Position numbers and translations under genes: made by a program. Below the pieces are notes generated by a model. It saw only the letters and a list, made by a program, of their open reading frames with translations, did not search any database and had not been told where the DNA came from. A stretch of 62,733 nt of DNA, the filler included, from Choristocarpus tenellus KU-1152 (Eukaryota > Protista > Phaeophyceae): the NCBI GenBank assembly GCA_964200185.2. It is 9 parts of 9 records of this genome, joined end to end, with 100 filler letters (N's around TTAATTAATTAA, not from the genome) between each part and the next. Parts side by side here need not be neighbours in the genome. Positions count along the whole stretch, not along the records: positions 7,670 to 14,895 come from CAXNAD020006508.1; positions 14,996 to 35,431 come from CAXNAD020000395.1; 7 more parts are not named here. One strand, 5' to 3'. Every line of letters begins with the position of its first letter. Within the stretch, counting starts at the first letter, position 1. Shown here piece after piece: positions 12,731-25,695 of the stretch.

Positions 12731-14995
12731 ATATATACGTAGTTCACGCTGGAGGGCATGTTACAGGCGAATAGCACGAGTATTTCTTCCCGCGCTTTAA
12801 CCAGCGTGAGCAATATACGCGCGTGAGGAACTCCAATAGGGGGAACTCCGATTTGCCTAAAAGTTACAGAATAAACTGTAACTCGGGTGGTTGCAGAGGG
12901 TTACGGATGGATGGTCGGAAAGGGTTCTCAGATATATGCCAGTATTTGTAAACCCGAATAAACCCCAAACGGTAAATGATGATAAGAGTTCCTAAAAACG
13001 GCTCAAAGCGGCTCAGCTCTTCTGACCCCAAAAGACCCAATGATTATATCACTCCCTATCTGATACCAAACTTTATACACATTCTTACACTGATTGATTC
13101 ATTTGAGATTACCCCTGTTCTGTTGAGCTGACGTTCGATAATCTGTGAATTGGACTTGACTTGTACATCCTGTGGAGGTGAGCATCGAGGGGCACCTGTA
13201 ACAGGTACCACCCCTCACAATACCACAATCTACCATTCTACAGCTAATGCGAGCCACAGCTAGAGCATTGTCAGACAAGCACCAGTTTAATTGGGCGATC
13301 AGAGACATCATCGGACTGACTTCTGTGTCGAAGTTCTCTGTGTCAAAATGCGAGGGAGTCAACAACAACAATTCGAGCAATTATCAGGTAGTGGACTCCT
13401 CACACAACTCCTACCGTGCTTTTGTAACCACCAGGAGCACAGTACCGGATCCAGTATCCGCAAGGCTGCACCTTAGTGAGTTCATTCACGCTGCAGGTTT
13501 TCGTTGTCTTCATCCGTTTGCTTTTCCACCTCTCTTCCCCCACAAACAGAACTACATCCTTTATCGTCATCCCCTACCACTTATCACCCTCATGAGCCAA
13601 GCAACAACGGCGGTGTACTTATTCACTCCTTACGCTACTTGCCTGCTACTTCACAAGTAATTAACATCAGTCGGAGTAGAAAGTCACCACGACTTGACGT
13701 AACATATTGATCGATCAGCATTGTATGCCGTAACAGATGGGTATCTTTCAACTTGCATCTTCTTCAGTTTTCTTTTATCCGATCTGAACATCTCCTTTCC
13801 CTCCTGCATTTTGAAGGTCAAAATGATAGGCAACATCAAATGGGTTGTATGTTTCAGTAACGAAGCTCTCCAATCAATTTGGTCCCTGTCTCTTCTTGGT
13901 ACGGTAATTTCTTCCTCCTTAACGACAGATGTAGTGAACAAGGAGATGACGTACAAAGAAGATGTATCGCAACCCTACACATATGTTGGGATACTGATGG
14001 TATGCACAACTTGACCATGTGGTGGAGTAGGCTGAGACCTCGATCCAACCAATTTCTTCTATTGTTTGTGCAGGCCACCTTCACTGGTACGAACACACAA
14101 TGCACAGAGACCATTGATCTTATGTTGCACATCCAGGAGGGGTTGAAGGTCTGGGGTCCTTTCCAACCCCCTCGTCACAAATCCCTCTCGCCTGTATTCA
14201 GGAGCGCTAACACTTCAATCTCAGGTGGAGCAATATCCGAGCCACTTAGAGGGTATAGCCTTGTCCGTTTGGGGTTCAAATGGAACATACCAATGAACTA
14301 CTACTCTGCTTCGATGAAATATATTATACCAACATTATATGAATGGTTGGGGAATCTTCTTTTGTTGGGGGTGTCGATTCACAGTTGACAGCATTTCATA
14401 AGAAGTTCATACATTTGCAATTTTTGTCATATTCTTTCAACCAGAACTTCCAAGCTTCCACGAAAAAGCCTGTTGTGTTCACTTTTGTTGTATTCATTTC
14501 CATTCTGGATTGGCTTATTCGACAAATTGTACCTTCATGGAAAAACGCAAATTTCCTTTCAAGCTCACACCTAGTCCTTGTCCTGTTCCAAGCTCTCCTT
14601 CGACAAGATATTTGGACTCATTCTATCCCTCTTCTTGCACGTTTTCCAATCTCCAGCATCATGTTCTCCTCCAGTATTTTTGATAATGCACTCTTATCGC
14701 TCATCTATTTTATTAGACCTATATGGAAAATCAGAGTACACGGTCATGGCCTTGCTGAGATGTCAAGAAAAGGAAAAGAGTACAATCGTACAGAATATAC
14801 AGAATATACACAACTTTGTTGAGTAGAACTGGACAATTGGCTCAAGGTGTCTGGGAGGGGGTGGAGGCTGTCCATTTGGGGTCAATTTTTTCATGNNNNN
14901 NNNNNNNNNNNNNNNNNNNNNNNNNNNNNNNNNNNNNNNTTAATTAATTAANNNNNNNNNNNNNNNNNNNNNNNNNNNNNNNNNNNNNNNNNNNN

Positions 14996-15071
14996 TAAAA
15001 GAACCCATGGGAAGCCAAGCCCCAAATGGACAAACAGGGTAAAACTCGTACCCTCTAAGATACTTACACTC
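14996..15071 (-). mobile_element. MITE family A, partial at contig start
   Basis: CCCAAATGGACAAACAGGG…TACCCTCTAAGATACTTACACTC is the reverse complement of the family A left arm. Confidence 0.85.
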
Positions 15072-15107
15072 TTTTTGATATATCAGATTCAGAGATAAGG
15101 GGAATTT

Positions 15108-15250
15108 ATGTCAAAGTATCTGGGGGTGGGTGGTTTGTGAGGGGGCGTCCGTTTCGGTGAAACGACTCTTTTTTTTCCTATACGTGCGACCAAATCACAC
15201 CAAAAAGTAAAAAACGGACGCTGACACCCCCACCCCAGGTAATTTGGCTC
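15108..15250 (+). mobile_element. MITE family B, shortened copy
   Basis: GTCAAAGTATCTGGGGG…GTCCGTTTCGG…CGTGCGACCAAATCACACC…CCCCAGGTAATTTGGCTC, homologous to 33299-33479. Confidence 0.8.
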
Positions 15251-15584
15251 TTTAAAAACATTAATTATATAATTATTAGTTGAATTATTTTATTAAAATA
15301 ATCTAGATTTGGTGAAGTAAAATGGGTCCTTGGTAAATTTGACAAAGATGTGTGATAATTACTGAAATCGATTGTATACCAAATACAAACTTATTTCTAA
15401 ATAATATTAGGTTTTTGTTCGCGAAGAACAAAAAAACTCTTGAATAGCGAAACATTTACAAATATGACTAAAAACAATATCCTTACAGGGATTACAGATT
15501 TATTACAACAATATTGATTATCTGACTTCTCAAATTATACTGCATCTTAATTTGGAATTTGTTCAGTTGTGGCTCAGATGAGAG

Positions 15585-18500
15585 ATGCGTGGTTTTTACC
15601 CAAAAAAACATTTTCCAGAGTGGGAGATCAGCTCCATTATAGTCAACGCGCTACTTTATTGCTCTAGCATCCACATTTTAGTGCACAGTATTGAGCACCT
15701 CCCTCTTTCTACCAACACCAAACACAACTACAAGGTCTACTCTAAGAACCCTCTTGATTTTCCGGAGAGCAGTTCATCTACATGCTTTGGAGATGACAAT
15801 CTTTCTGTGGAGGTAAGGACACAGTACATTGTAGCTGTATATTTATTCATCCTCTATCACCATCATACATGGGAAAATCAATGCGTGTATATTGGTAAGA
15901 TTAATGCAATCCATCTGATATTTCAATTGACTCTGAATGTTGTTAAGGTTGGAGCTTTGGACTAATACACCTCAAGTACTACTGAACATACTAATGACAT
16001 ATACATGCACGCACCTATTCAGGGATATTCAAAACCAATTCTCTGGGTGAAATGTCAAGAATTTCAAATGGATAATGCTGCTATGAACTACCCTTCATTA
16101 CTTCACTGGCTATTGTGGTATGAGCAGCTAGTTGTAGATATATCGATATGTTTTATAATACGAGTGATATATAGTATCTTGGTTGCAACAAGAATTATCC
16201 CCCTCCTTGTGCCCACTCTTCAGTCGTTTGCAGTGTTGCATTAACCCATCACCTAACTGCCAGCCCCACTTTGCCCGAAATTTAGGTGATCAATTAGATA
16301 AACCGTAGAAGCAACAACAGATGTGCGGTTGGGTACCCTTATGTTTATGATGAAGGTGTTGTCCGAGGCCTGAAGCATTTTGAAGAAGAGCTAAGAAGTT
16401 GAATTGTTGATAACAGACTGCAAGGGAGAGTAATACTAGGATCCCGTTCACATCATGTACATAGTAACTAATAGCTTCAAATACAATACAAAATATTATA
16501 GTAGGTGATTTAATAATCAATTCGTGGAAATATGGCATGAAATATTGAAGCCATTTCTAAGCACAAAACATTACGCACCCGTTACCCCCAACAACCGGTC
16601 TAAGAATTGTTCTGACTTTCTTGGTTCTTGGAACATAACAATTGCTCGTGGGGCATCTTCTCCCTGTGATTGCTGTGTGCTGTGTAAGGTGTAAATTTCG
16701 AGCACAATACTTGGTGTGATACTACAGGAGTAGCTGCTGCGTTTTGAATGGATACCTCTGTAGGTTGTTTGTACAGTGTTTGAATGGAGATACAAAATAC
16801 TTTGATAAAACTGAAGATTTTATTTTAAGACGCAGAATCTGACTCTCTTCTGCACAGTCAAGCCATACCACATGAAATGGTCTCTAGAGTGCAATCAATC
16901 TTGTCCTAACTACAGAGCTAGCAACTTCTCACCGAATTGGGAACTGTTGCACATATTTCAGGGAGAATCCTAAGGATGCACTGGTACCCTATTTGAGATT
17001 GCAGTGCAGGCTTGCACAACCCCTCCTAGTGTGTAACTTTTTCTATCCAAAGGTTTTCGATGGTGTTGTGGAAGTGGAACCTAGTTTGTGCCTCTTCGTT
17101 TCTCACACTTGACCCTGTAGAGGTATCCTGGTGGAAATACACACACATCGAAACAAGCGCCAAACCTCCCTACAAGTCCCAATCCTCTTGCCTATTATCT
17201 CACAGTCTACCTCCGTTACTCATTTACCATAGTGAGCCAAAGTGAACAAAGGTACACAGTTTATGCCCATTTTAAAATCTCGTGCAATTCTCCCATCTTT
17301 CTATGGATGAAGTGCTAAGTTAGTCTTGGGAGCGTTGATTAATATATTGTTTGAAACTTCTTGACACATTTCTGAATATATCCTAATTTGTATAAACAAT
17401 TGGACTTTTGTATACATTTGCTAGAATCATTGAAATGCAACTCCTGATACCCGTCGTTCACTTTGTTTCGCAGCCCGTAAACACTGTTTTTTTCCAATGC
17501 AATCTACCAGCTTAGATAGAATTACAGAAAACTTTTAATTTACAGACAGCGTCACAAGCGCAAGGAACTCTCAAGAACGATTTTACACAGGTTGCAGTTG
17601 ACTCTAGGATCCCTTAGAAGCGTCAGTAGTTTTGTACTCTCTGCTTTATCCGACTATCTGGTAGTAGATGGTTATGGAGATAGCATTCCTCTGCGCCATT
17701 AGATGTAAGTGGGGACAGGGTACTCATACTCGTAACTCACCTTCCTCAAAAGTTCTTTGCTGTTTTTTCGGTGTGCTCAGCTGTATGTTTTAATTGTTCA
17801 CTTTACTCCTGACCTTTTTATTTCACAGTTTGGAGCTGTGCATAAATCAGGAACTGTGTTTGGACACCGTTTTCTTAAAGCCATCGTAAAATATTGCGAG
17901 GGTGTTGCAATCGAAGCTGGTGAGCCTGAACGTGCACCACAGGAGTGGAAATGTCGATCGGGTATAACCCGTTTGAGGTGTGTACAGAGTATGGATGTGG
18001 CATTTCATGGAGGTATGTATACTTCTGCTTTTTCTCCTTTGAGTGAGGGATACTTTTTATAGTTTTATGCTGTCTTGCAAAGCAGAATTATTTTATGGGT
18101 AGAATCTCTAGCTTTGTACAGGTCAGATTTCTTGCCCTATACAACTACACAACTCCCCTTTTAGCTCCTTTATACGAAATGGAATGCCCTTCTCTTGTCA
18201 CCATTGTCTTTCCGTATCAATTGTGTGTCCAGGGAACAGAACGATGAGGATGGTATTGTTATTGGTTTTGCATTTTGCCCACACTTTTCTCCTGAAGAGG
18301 AATGCACTCCCATGAACGATGCTGACCAGGGTAGCGCCAAGATCGTGCACTTCATCAGGAATCCTTTTGATTTGATTCTCTCAGGTACAAAACGAGGACA
18401 TGTGTTTTACTCCACCTAATAGCTTTTGCTCTACAATAGTAGGTAGTGTTTCTGTGCAGAACTAAGTCAGTATTTTCCAACATCTTCTGCTGTTGAGATA

Positions 18501-21500
18501 AAGGTAGACTAGCTATAATCCTTCTGTGTTGGATCCAATATAGAAGCTTCACCCCGTACATAAGTTTTTTCTTGTGTCAAGTACTCTACGTTTCATGATG
18601 GTGCCAAATATCGAGAGAAATCACAATTTCGTTAGGGCAGACAGTTATGTGTACCTTATCCCCGTTCCCAATTGCCCGCTGCTGAGTTATCCTTATTATC
18701 CTTATTCTCGAGCACATTAAAACCTGGCTTGTCACATCATTGTTCGAATCTTGTAGGTAATGATTTAGAACAACTATCTCAGCTCTCTGCAAAATAGAGT
18801 AAGATGGCATTGGAAACGTTCAAGAACAATAGATGTGAGCTGTGGCTAGGAAGAGCTGAAACAGTCTTTATGAATTATCTTGTCACTAACGTAGTCTTGA
18901 AATGATGTATAACCTAATAAGGGCGATTTTCCCATTAAGAGATGAAAGATTTGTGGCTGACGTATAAGGCAGAGGCCTTGACCAACGTGAGTCCATTACG
19001 CAGCAAAACTATCCTCATTTGATTGTCCCTTAGAAGTTAAGTCTCGCAGGACTGTCAGCATGTTCAGCCTTTCCTAATTGATGATATACGGTCGATGTAT
19101 ACCAGTACCCATCGCTGCGATACATTTCAACTCTCGTCTTCACAAATGTTGTTTTCTAGTGCAAACCTTTGTTACACACTTGGCCATCCTCTTGCAGCAT
19201 ACAACTACCATTTGAGGGGAGCTGAACCATGGGAGAAGAAAGCTGACCGCAAATATGATATACTCTTTCCAGGTGCATAAACATCAAATAGACATGACGA
19301 TGGTGAAAGTTACAAGCAATTGGTTTGGTATCATATCTCATTTGTTTTTGCTAATGTGGGCAATCGCACACTTAGGTACCCCTCACTTTGTTTGTTGCAC
19401 TCAGTTCTTCTGAGGTGGACCACATCTCGGTTGTATTAACCTTTCGAAGAAATGCCAGTGATTGTTTACAAACATGTGTGTGAGATAGGCGTCACATTAG
19501 TACAACCTGTCAAGAATGGACTTGAGAGATGTTACCAGACCTCACAGATACATGGAAAGAGTACTGCCATATTTCCAGATACTTGTCAACACATTACATT
19601 TATATCTAAGGTATTATTGCCAAAATATCATCAGGTAGTTGTCTATATTGTATGTGGGCTAGTGTACATTATAAAGAGTACCGTTGTGTATGCATTACCG
19701 TCCCGTATGTTGATGGGTGTATTCTGAATCCAAGATCGATAAAATTTTAGTCATTCAAAGTACTTGGTAGTTCGTTTACACTGTGTCTTCTTTCCCAACA
19801 CTTTTTTCCCTCAGCTTTTCGACCCCTGTTGCTACTGTTGAAACTTCAAAGATACCGTTGAGCCTGTTCAGCACAATATGACTTACCTGGAGATTTTAAG
19901 AGGTCTGGACATGGCTGATGGAATAAAGGTGAACTGAGAGCTGTTCCTTTTGTCTTGATTTGGTTGTGGTATAGGGAGGCGGAGTGGGACTGGGACATGA
20001 ATTGTATTGGTGTACTTGTGAGAATATGTTGACGAGGAGAAGAAAGTGCAGACACTGTTTAATTTTGTGTATGTAGAAATTCTTAACGTATATTTTGCTT
20101 TTGGTGTCCTAGCTGCATACATTCTAGACAGACTCCACCTCGATCAAAGTTGAAATGAAGACAAGATGAGATCTTCATGCATGGTGGTTGTGATGCGATC
20201 ACATTACCTAACGACTTCCACTTGGAATATCACGATTAGGCGATGTTGCTCCTGGCCATTAGAGGTTAGTTGAATGCATCTGAATGTTCCTGCACCCCAA
20301 AATACAATGCCAGTCCACTACCTCGAACCTTGCTGGCACAGAAATAAATGAACAACAAATGTTGCAATTGTCTTGAAGGAGCTGCAGGGAAATGTCAAAT
20401 TTACTATTGTTATGGACATTGTCCCAACTCATACTTTATAAATACTTGTGTAACGTAATAATATTAGTTGTCTTTTCTTAGTACGACAACACCAGCACTA
20501 TTTCAACATCTTGCAAGCAGTATATATAGCATTAAATTGCACATGCTTCAATTCTTGCACCCTACACGGGCCTTTATTGCCATGCTGGGTAGGTAGGTAT
20601 GGAGAACTGTCTACATTTGGTAATTATATTGTTGTTCAGAACCATCAAACGAAATGGCCATGCTTATTATTGGTATGGCAGAACTAGCTCCAAAGATCAA
20701 AAACAGTTATCCCTCCAAATGTGATATCTACATTCATGCATTAACAAAAGAGCACCCCTAAGCGATTCTTTGCTTGGCACAACCTCCTGTCAGTACTTCG
20801 TTTCCTTTCCTTCCATCCCATACACATGCTTGTCAACTTTAACACTGACTTTGTCCAAACAGGAGGAATTGTTAAGCCAAGTGCTCATGTATAGATTTTG
20901 GATCTGTGACTTACTTTCACGTTAAGAGTGGTCAACAGAGATTCTACATAAATTATAAACACACCACAGGTCACATTTCTTTAACCCAACAATAAAAAAT
21001 ATTCTGACCCAACTATCCCCTCAGTTGCGTTCCACAACGTATTGTCCCACTACAGTTAGAACACTTTGTTCGGGTTAAAAGTGAAACGTGGTCATGGGAT
21101 CGGGCCATAGTTACAGAGGTTCACAATGGTGTGTGTGGCAGTGCCTATGTACATTACTCATGTCAAAGATAATAATATTGTTAATTTTTCACCATTATCT
21201 TCAGCGAATTGGTCTTTGAAATATGACCAAATATACACAAGTTTTTGGGATTGATGCATTTGCGTGCTGATTCCATAGCCTAGTTGAACGGACCAAGTGA
21301 TACTTTTACATATATTACCTGCTTACCTTATGTGTAGGCTTTGCTCCTATGCATTGTGTATTGGAAGAGACCTAGAATGCAAAATACTGTAGTCAATTTT
21401 TTTACTTGAAACCTGATATTTGGAATGCATGGAAGCCCTCAAATGATGTATAAGGTATAAAAATTTTCATCTAGAATAAATTACCCTAACTTAGTTGTCC

Positions 21501-23506
21501 AGTCTCTTTAAAAAGAAGAGGTATGAAGGCATCACAACATATAATGATAAATGCTTACATGAGAGTAATACCAGTACATAATACACTATTTTGGTAGTAG
21601 CTTCTACAGTGTCGACAACTTGCGGATTCCCACTCAAATACAGTTTTTTTGAGACGATGCATATGAAGGCTGTCATTCTTCTCAGAAAGCCTAAGCTGTA
21701 GATGTATTTTGCGTGACACTTGCTCAATATTTACCTGATGTAGTGTAATTTTCCTTAGTCGTACAAAGAGTGAAAGCATCTTAGAGGGTACAATTTTTTC
21801 CCTTTTTGTCCATTCGGGGCTTGGCTTCTGACAGGTTCTTTTATGGCATTTTACCTACTCCAAAATGTTTCGGAGTAGGTAAACTGTCTATTTTATAAAA
21901 GGTGTGTCCAGAATAAGGGTGTCGACATCTCCTAACAAACATGATAGTCAAAATTACATCAAATTTGGAACATTGGATTTTGTCCCCCAAATGGATGCGG
22001 CTCTACCCTCTAAGATACTTTGACTCTAAATTCACATATCTGTTGTATTTTCGCCCCACTCAGCTGGAAGCGGAAAATATGGAAATGAGTGTACGTCGCA
22101 TGGTCTCCGCACACTGTCAGCTGGAAGGACAGGATGAAATATACTACCCTGTAAGGCAAGTATACTGATAATTGCCATGATCTGTGAAAGAAGAGTTCAT
22201 TGCGAACCTTGACAATAATCTAGTTGGACGTATCTCTTAGCAATGCTTTGTGTACTACGATAACGAGTGTAATAGTGTGAATAGATAGTGCTGAACCTTT
22301 CAATTATAATTTCTTGAACAATGTGCAGGCATGAACCTGAGAGTTTTGCAGCAGAGCTATGATTTCTTATGTGTACCTTGTATCTTGGAGATACTATTTT
22401 GGTTGTGCTTTGTTTCCCCAAACTGAGTAGTGAACGACAAGATTATGGTCCAGTCAGAGCATGGCATGACCGCTTTGTATGATACTCATCTGGATTTTTA
22501 ACGTTATGACTGACCAGATGTGTTCAGCAGTATATCTCCAACGTGGTCGAAACATGTAAAAGCAGACACACTCTGAGTCTTTTTTTAATCTGGCCCTGAG
22601 GTGCAATTGCGAGGGTGAATGTTAGGTTAATATGCTTCAGTTTCTCCATTATCACACGGTGACTTTGAAAAGCATTTCTCCAGAGGTTTAATGGCGCCCG
22701 TACACCTTACTACTACCTCACAAAACCACATAACAAACTGTGGTGCGCACGTAATCCCCACTATAATTGTCGCAATAGGCAATTCTAAGCAGGACTAATA
22801 TTTTTGCTCGCCCTACGAGTGAGTTGGTCAAGGTGGGTTATATATTTGAAGTGGTATTTCTTCTGCTCACTTTGTGATGTTTTCATACACACGGGCTATT
22901 GTTGTAACTTTCTGGAATTTACAAAGGAGGGCACGGTGGGATCCCCGGTCTTTCTTCGACAATGTCCCCTGAATTACATACAGAACTTCCCCGTACCTAA
23001 CCCTTGAAATCAAACTATGTAAGCATAGGAGTCGATGAGTGTGAGGCAGAAGGGTCTCTTGGTCGAAGAAATATACCATAATCGTGACGAGAAATACCAA
23101 TAGTACTGGTAAATGAGTGTAAGACATCAGAAACATGAAGAGGAGTGTCGAATTGCCGACTGTGTGTGTGGTTGAACCAAGTACACCCTTGAAGAGTGGT
23201 TGAGAGTCCATAGAGATAGGGTGAAATCCTCACCAAGTCCAACCATATCTCTCCGTTACCAGGTTCAGCGACTTCTTAGGGGATGATGGGCTCATACAAT
23301 CTTGCCTTCTCTTTCACTTTATTGGCATGCGTGAGGAGCATGCATCCGAGCTCGTGTCTCGGTTATACCCTCCTGATGAATCTGATATAACGAAAGTTGA
23401 TCTTTCGCCAAAGAATGGCACCCAGCATATAACAGAAGGCTCATTCGACAAAGAGAATCAGCTCCAGCTCCTGGCAAGAGTAAACTCCTATGACAAGATC
23501 TTGGAG
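15585..23506 (+). CDS. PAPS-dependent sulfotransferase family protein, multi-exon, 3' end unresolved (exons ~15585-15812, 17829-17977/18012, 18233-18384, 19198-19272, 19852-19928, 22064-22155, 23263-23506)
   Basis: 5'-PSB-like motif FGAVHKSGT, 3'-PB-like motif IVHFIRNPFDLILS|AYNYH, TYLEILRGLD…GIK|LEAE, YYPVR|FSDF (RYED-like) and QHIT. All junction phases fit except the exon-2 donor, which is ambiguous. Confidence 0.8.
21768..22026 (+). mobile_element. MITE family A, full copy in a sulfotransferase intron
   Basis: GAGTGAAAGCATCTTAGAGGGTA … TACCCTCTAAGATACTTTGACTC; flanks CAAA/TAAA. Confidence 0.9.
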
Positions 23507-23570
23507 GTGAGGAGGAAAAAAATACCGCTTCTCCCCTTTCTCAAGCTTTGCCATCGTTACCTGTAACTTC

Positions 23571-23828
23571 GAGTGAACGTATTTTAGAGGGTACGAGTTT
23601 TGCCCTGTTTGTCCATTTGGGACTTGGCTTCCCTCGGATTTGTTTATGACATTTTCCTACTCTGAAATATTTTGGAGTAGGTAAAATGTGTATGTTATGA
23701 AAAGGCGTATCTGAACTAGGATATTGACACTTCCTAACAAACACGATAGCCAAAATTACGTCAAAATCGTAACTTTGGATTTTGGTCCCCAAATCGACGC
23801 AGCTCTACCCTCTAGGATACTTTGACTC
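23571..23828 (+). mobile_element. MITE family A, full copy
   Basis: Both TIRs present and the internal sequence matches the other copies. No TSD recognisable. Confidence 0.88.
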
Positions 23829-25031
23829 TCACATAGTTCCTCAACCTAGAATAAGGTTGGTGGATAATGCCGTCACCTGGCTGATAGTTCTGTTGAGCAA
23901 TTCTCAGGATTATGATCTAGATTGTTTAGCTTTCTCTCCATATTCTGCTTTCCAATCATTGTGTTAATATTGTGCGAACACGAATACATTGGATAAGTCG
24001 AGTTTGGTCTTTGTGCTTCATACCCACGTGGAGACATTCCATAATTCGCCTTACCTTTATTTTGTGTACCCATAGCCTTGTTTTAGTTTAACTAGAGTGT
24101 AAGTCCGAACGGTAGTAATGGTGTATAGTAAGATTTGGTATGGGCGCAAGATTTAGCTTGGAGGGTCGTGTAGTGTATATTTTCGAACATTGAGCTCGAA
24201 TAAGCTAGGGGTCAATACATTCGTTCAATCTCGTGTATTGCCAGCAAGTACGTTTCAATAGATCGAGGCAACCCTCGACAATTTCTTGTCTTTCATCCCC
24301 GCCCTTTCCTCGACTTTAACAAAAATATTGATTGTAGAGAAACTATGGTTTCACGGCTCAATGAAAAACGGCTACAGGGTCCCTCAAACGCGCTACTTGA
24401 GGCTCTACGGCAGCCTGGGTTACTCATTATAAATATGGGAGTAACATCCGGACTGTTTAGTATCTCTTTATAAAATGCTCATAGGATGTTGAGTAGGACT
24501 ACTGTGATGCCTCTTGTCAACTATGGAGGCTCTGTAGCTCTCTCTTCCGTGATCGGTAGCATTGTAGAGCCTTAAATGCGTGCAACTCTTGAAGTAGCAA
24601 TGTATCAACACAGGAAAACTTTATACGTTTCACCTAAGCCATTCAATCTTTGTAGGGGTCTACCCGAACCCGACCAAGTATTTGGGGATTTGAATATATT
24701 CCACTTGTAATCAACTTTCTCTTGTCTGAAATGGAGGGACCTCATTTTGAAGGTTTTGGTTGTAGAATATGAATGACATCGCCGTTTAGAGTGCTAGATG
24801 TGTGGACTGTGTAATGGTAACACATATTTTTGCCCCACCGACATCTATCTCGTTCTGAACATACAGGCGGAGGCAGCGCTGATCCATGGATTCTGTAGTA
24901 AATGTGAATGGTGTACAAAAGGTTTTGTCGAGAACAATTTTGTTGCTGTATCAGTTAACCCTTTTCGCAAAGTTCCTGTACCTTGTGCAGACTGATAAGA
25001 TGATTTTGGATACAGGATACATTGAAAAAGT

Positions 25032-25263
25032 GAGTGAACGTATCTTACAGGGGATGGGGTTTTTCCTGTTTGTCCATTCGGGGCTTTGCTTTCCACGGTT
25101 TTTAATTACATTTTACCTGCTCCAAATGTTTTGGAATAGGTCAAATGAATGCGTTATAAACAGATGTGTCCCGAACAAGGTTATTGACATCTCTTCACAC
25201 GTTAGTCCATATTACAATGGAACTCAAATGGACGCGGCTTTACCGTCCAAGATACCTGGACTC
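25032..25263 (+). mobile_element. MITE family A, diverged copy
   Basis: GAGTGAACGTATCTTACAGGG … TACCGTCCAAGATACCTGGACTC. Confidence 0.8.
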
Positions 25264-25695
25264 AGGAACGTGTTGTTAGTATCTTCTAAAAGTTTTTCTC
25301 ATTTCGAGAAAAGACTGGCGACACATAACACCACGTATGTATATGAAACGTGACATCACATACATAAAAAATGACGTATTGGCAACCTCTCTCTTGCCAC
25401 TAACAATCAAATCCCTTGACTTGATCCAAGTGAGAATGTTCAGTTCGAAGAATGAAGGATTAAGAGCGGATGAAGGTATTTTTCCTTCATATTTGTTCTT
25501 GATGGAACTTCTAAACACTTCCACTAACAATTCCTTTGACAAATTAGTAGGGCAAATAACAACAATATCAGCAGCAACAGGAAATGCAACAATGAACACA
25601 CTACATAAAATTCCAATTACTTCTAAGGGATTACTACCTCCCATCCATCATAAGTATATCAGCAACAGAGAAAGCCTCCTTATCTTCCCTTAGCA

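Noticed and set aside
13099-14822. Cluster of overlapping 60-170 aa ORFs
   Set aside because: No recognisable motif on either strand, and the minus-strand frames contain stops. It may be a decayed element, but I cannot support a call.
21941-22063. Recurrent short ORF motifs such as KWTNRAKLVPSKIL and LYPLRYFDS
   Set aside because: They are translations of the non-coding MITE family A arms, not a protein family.
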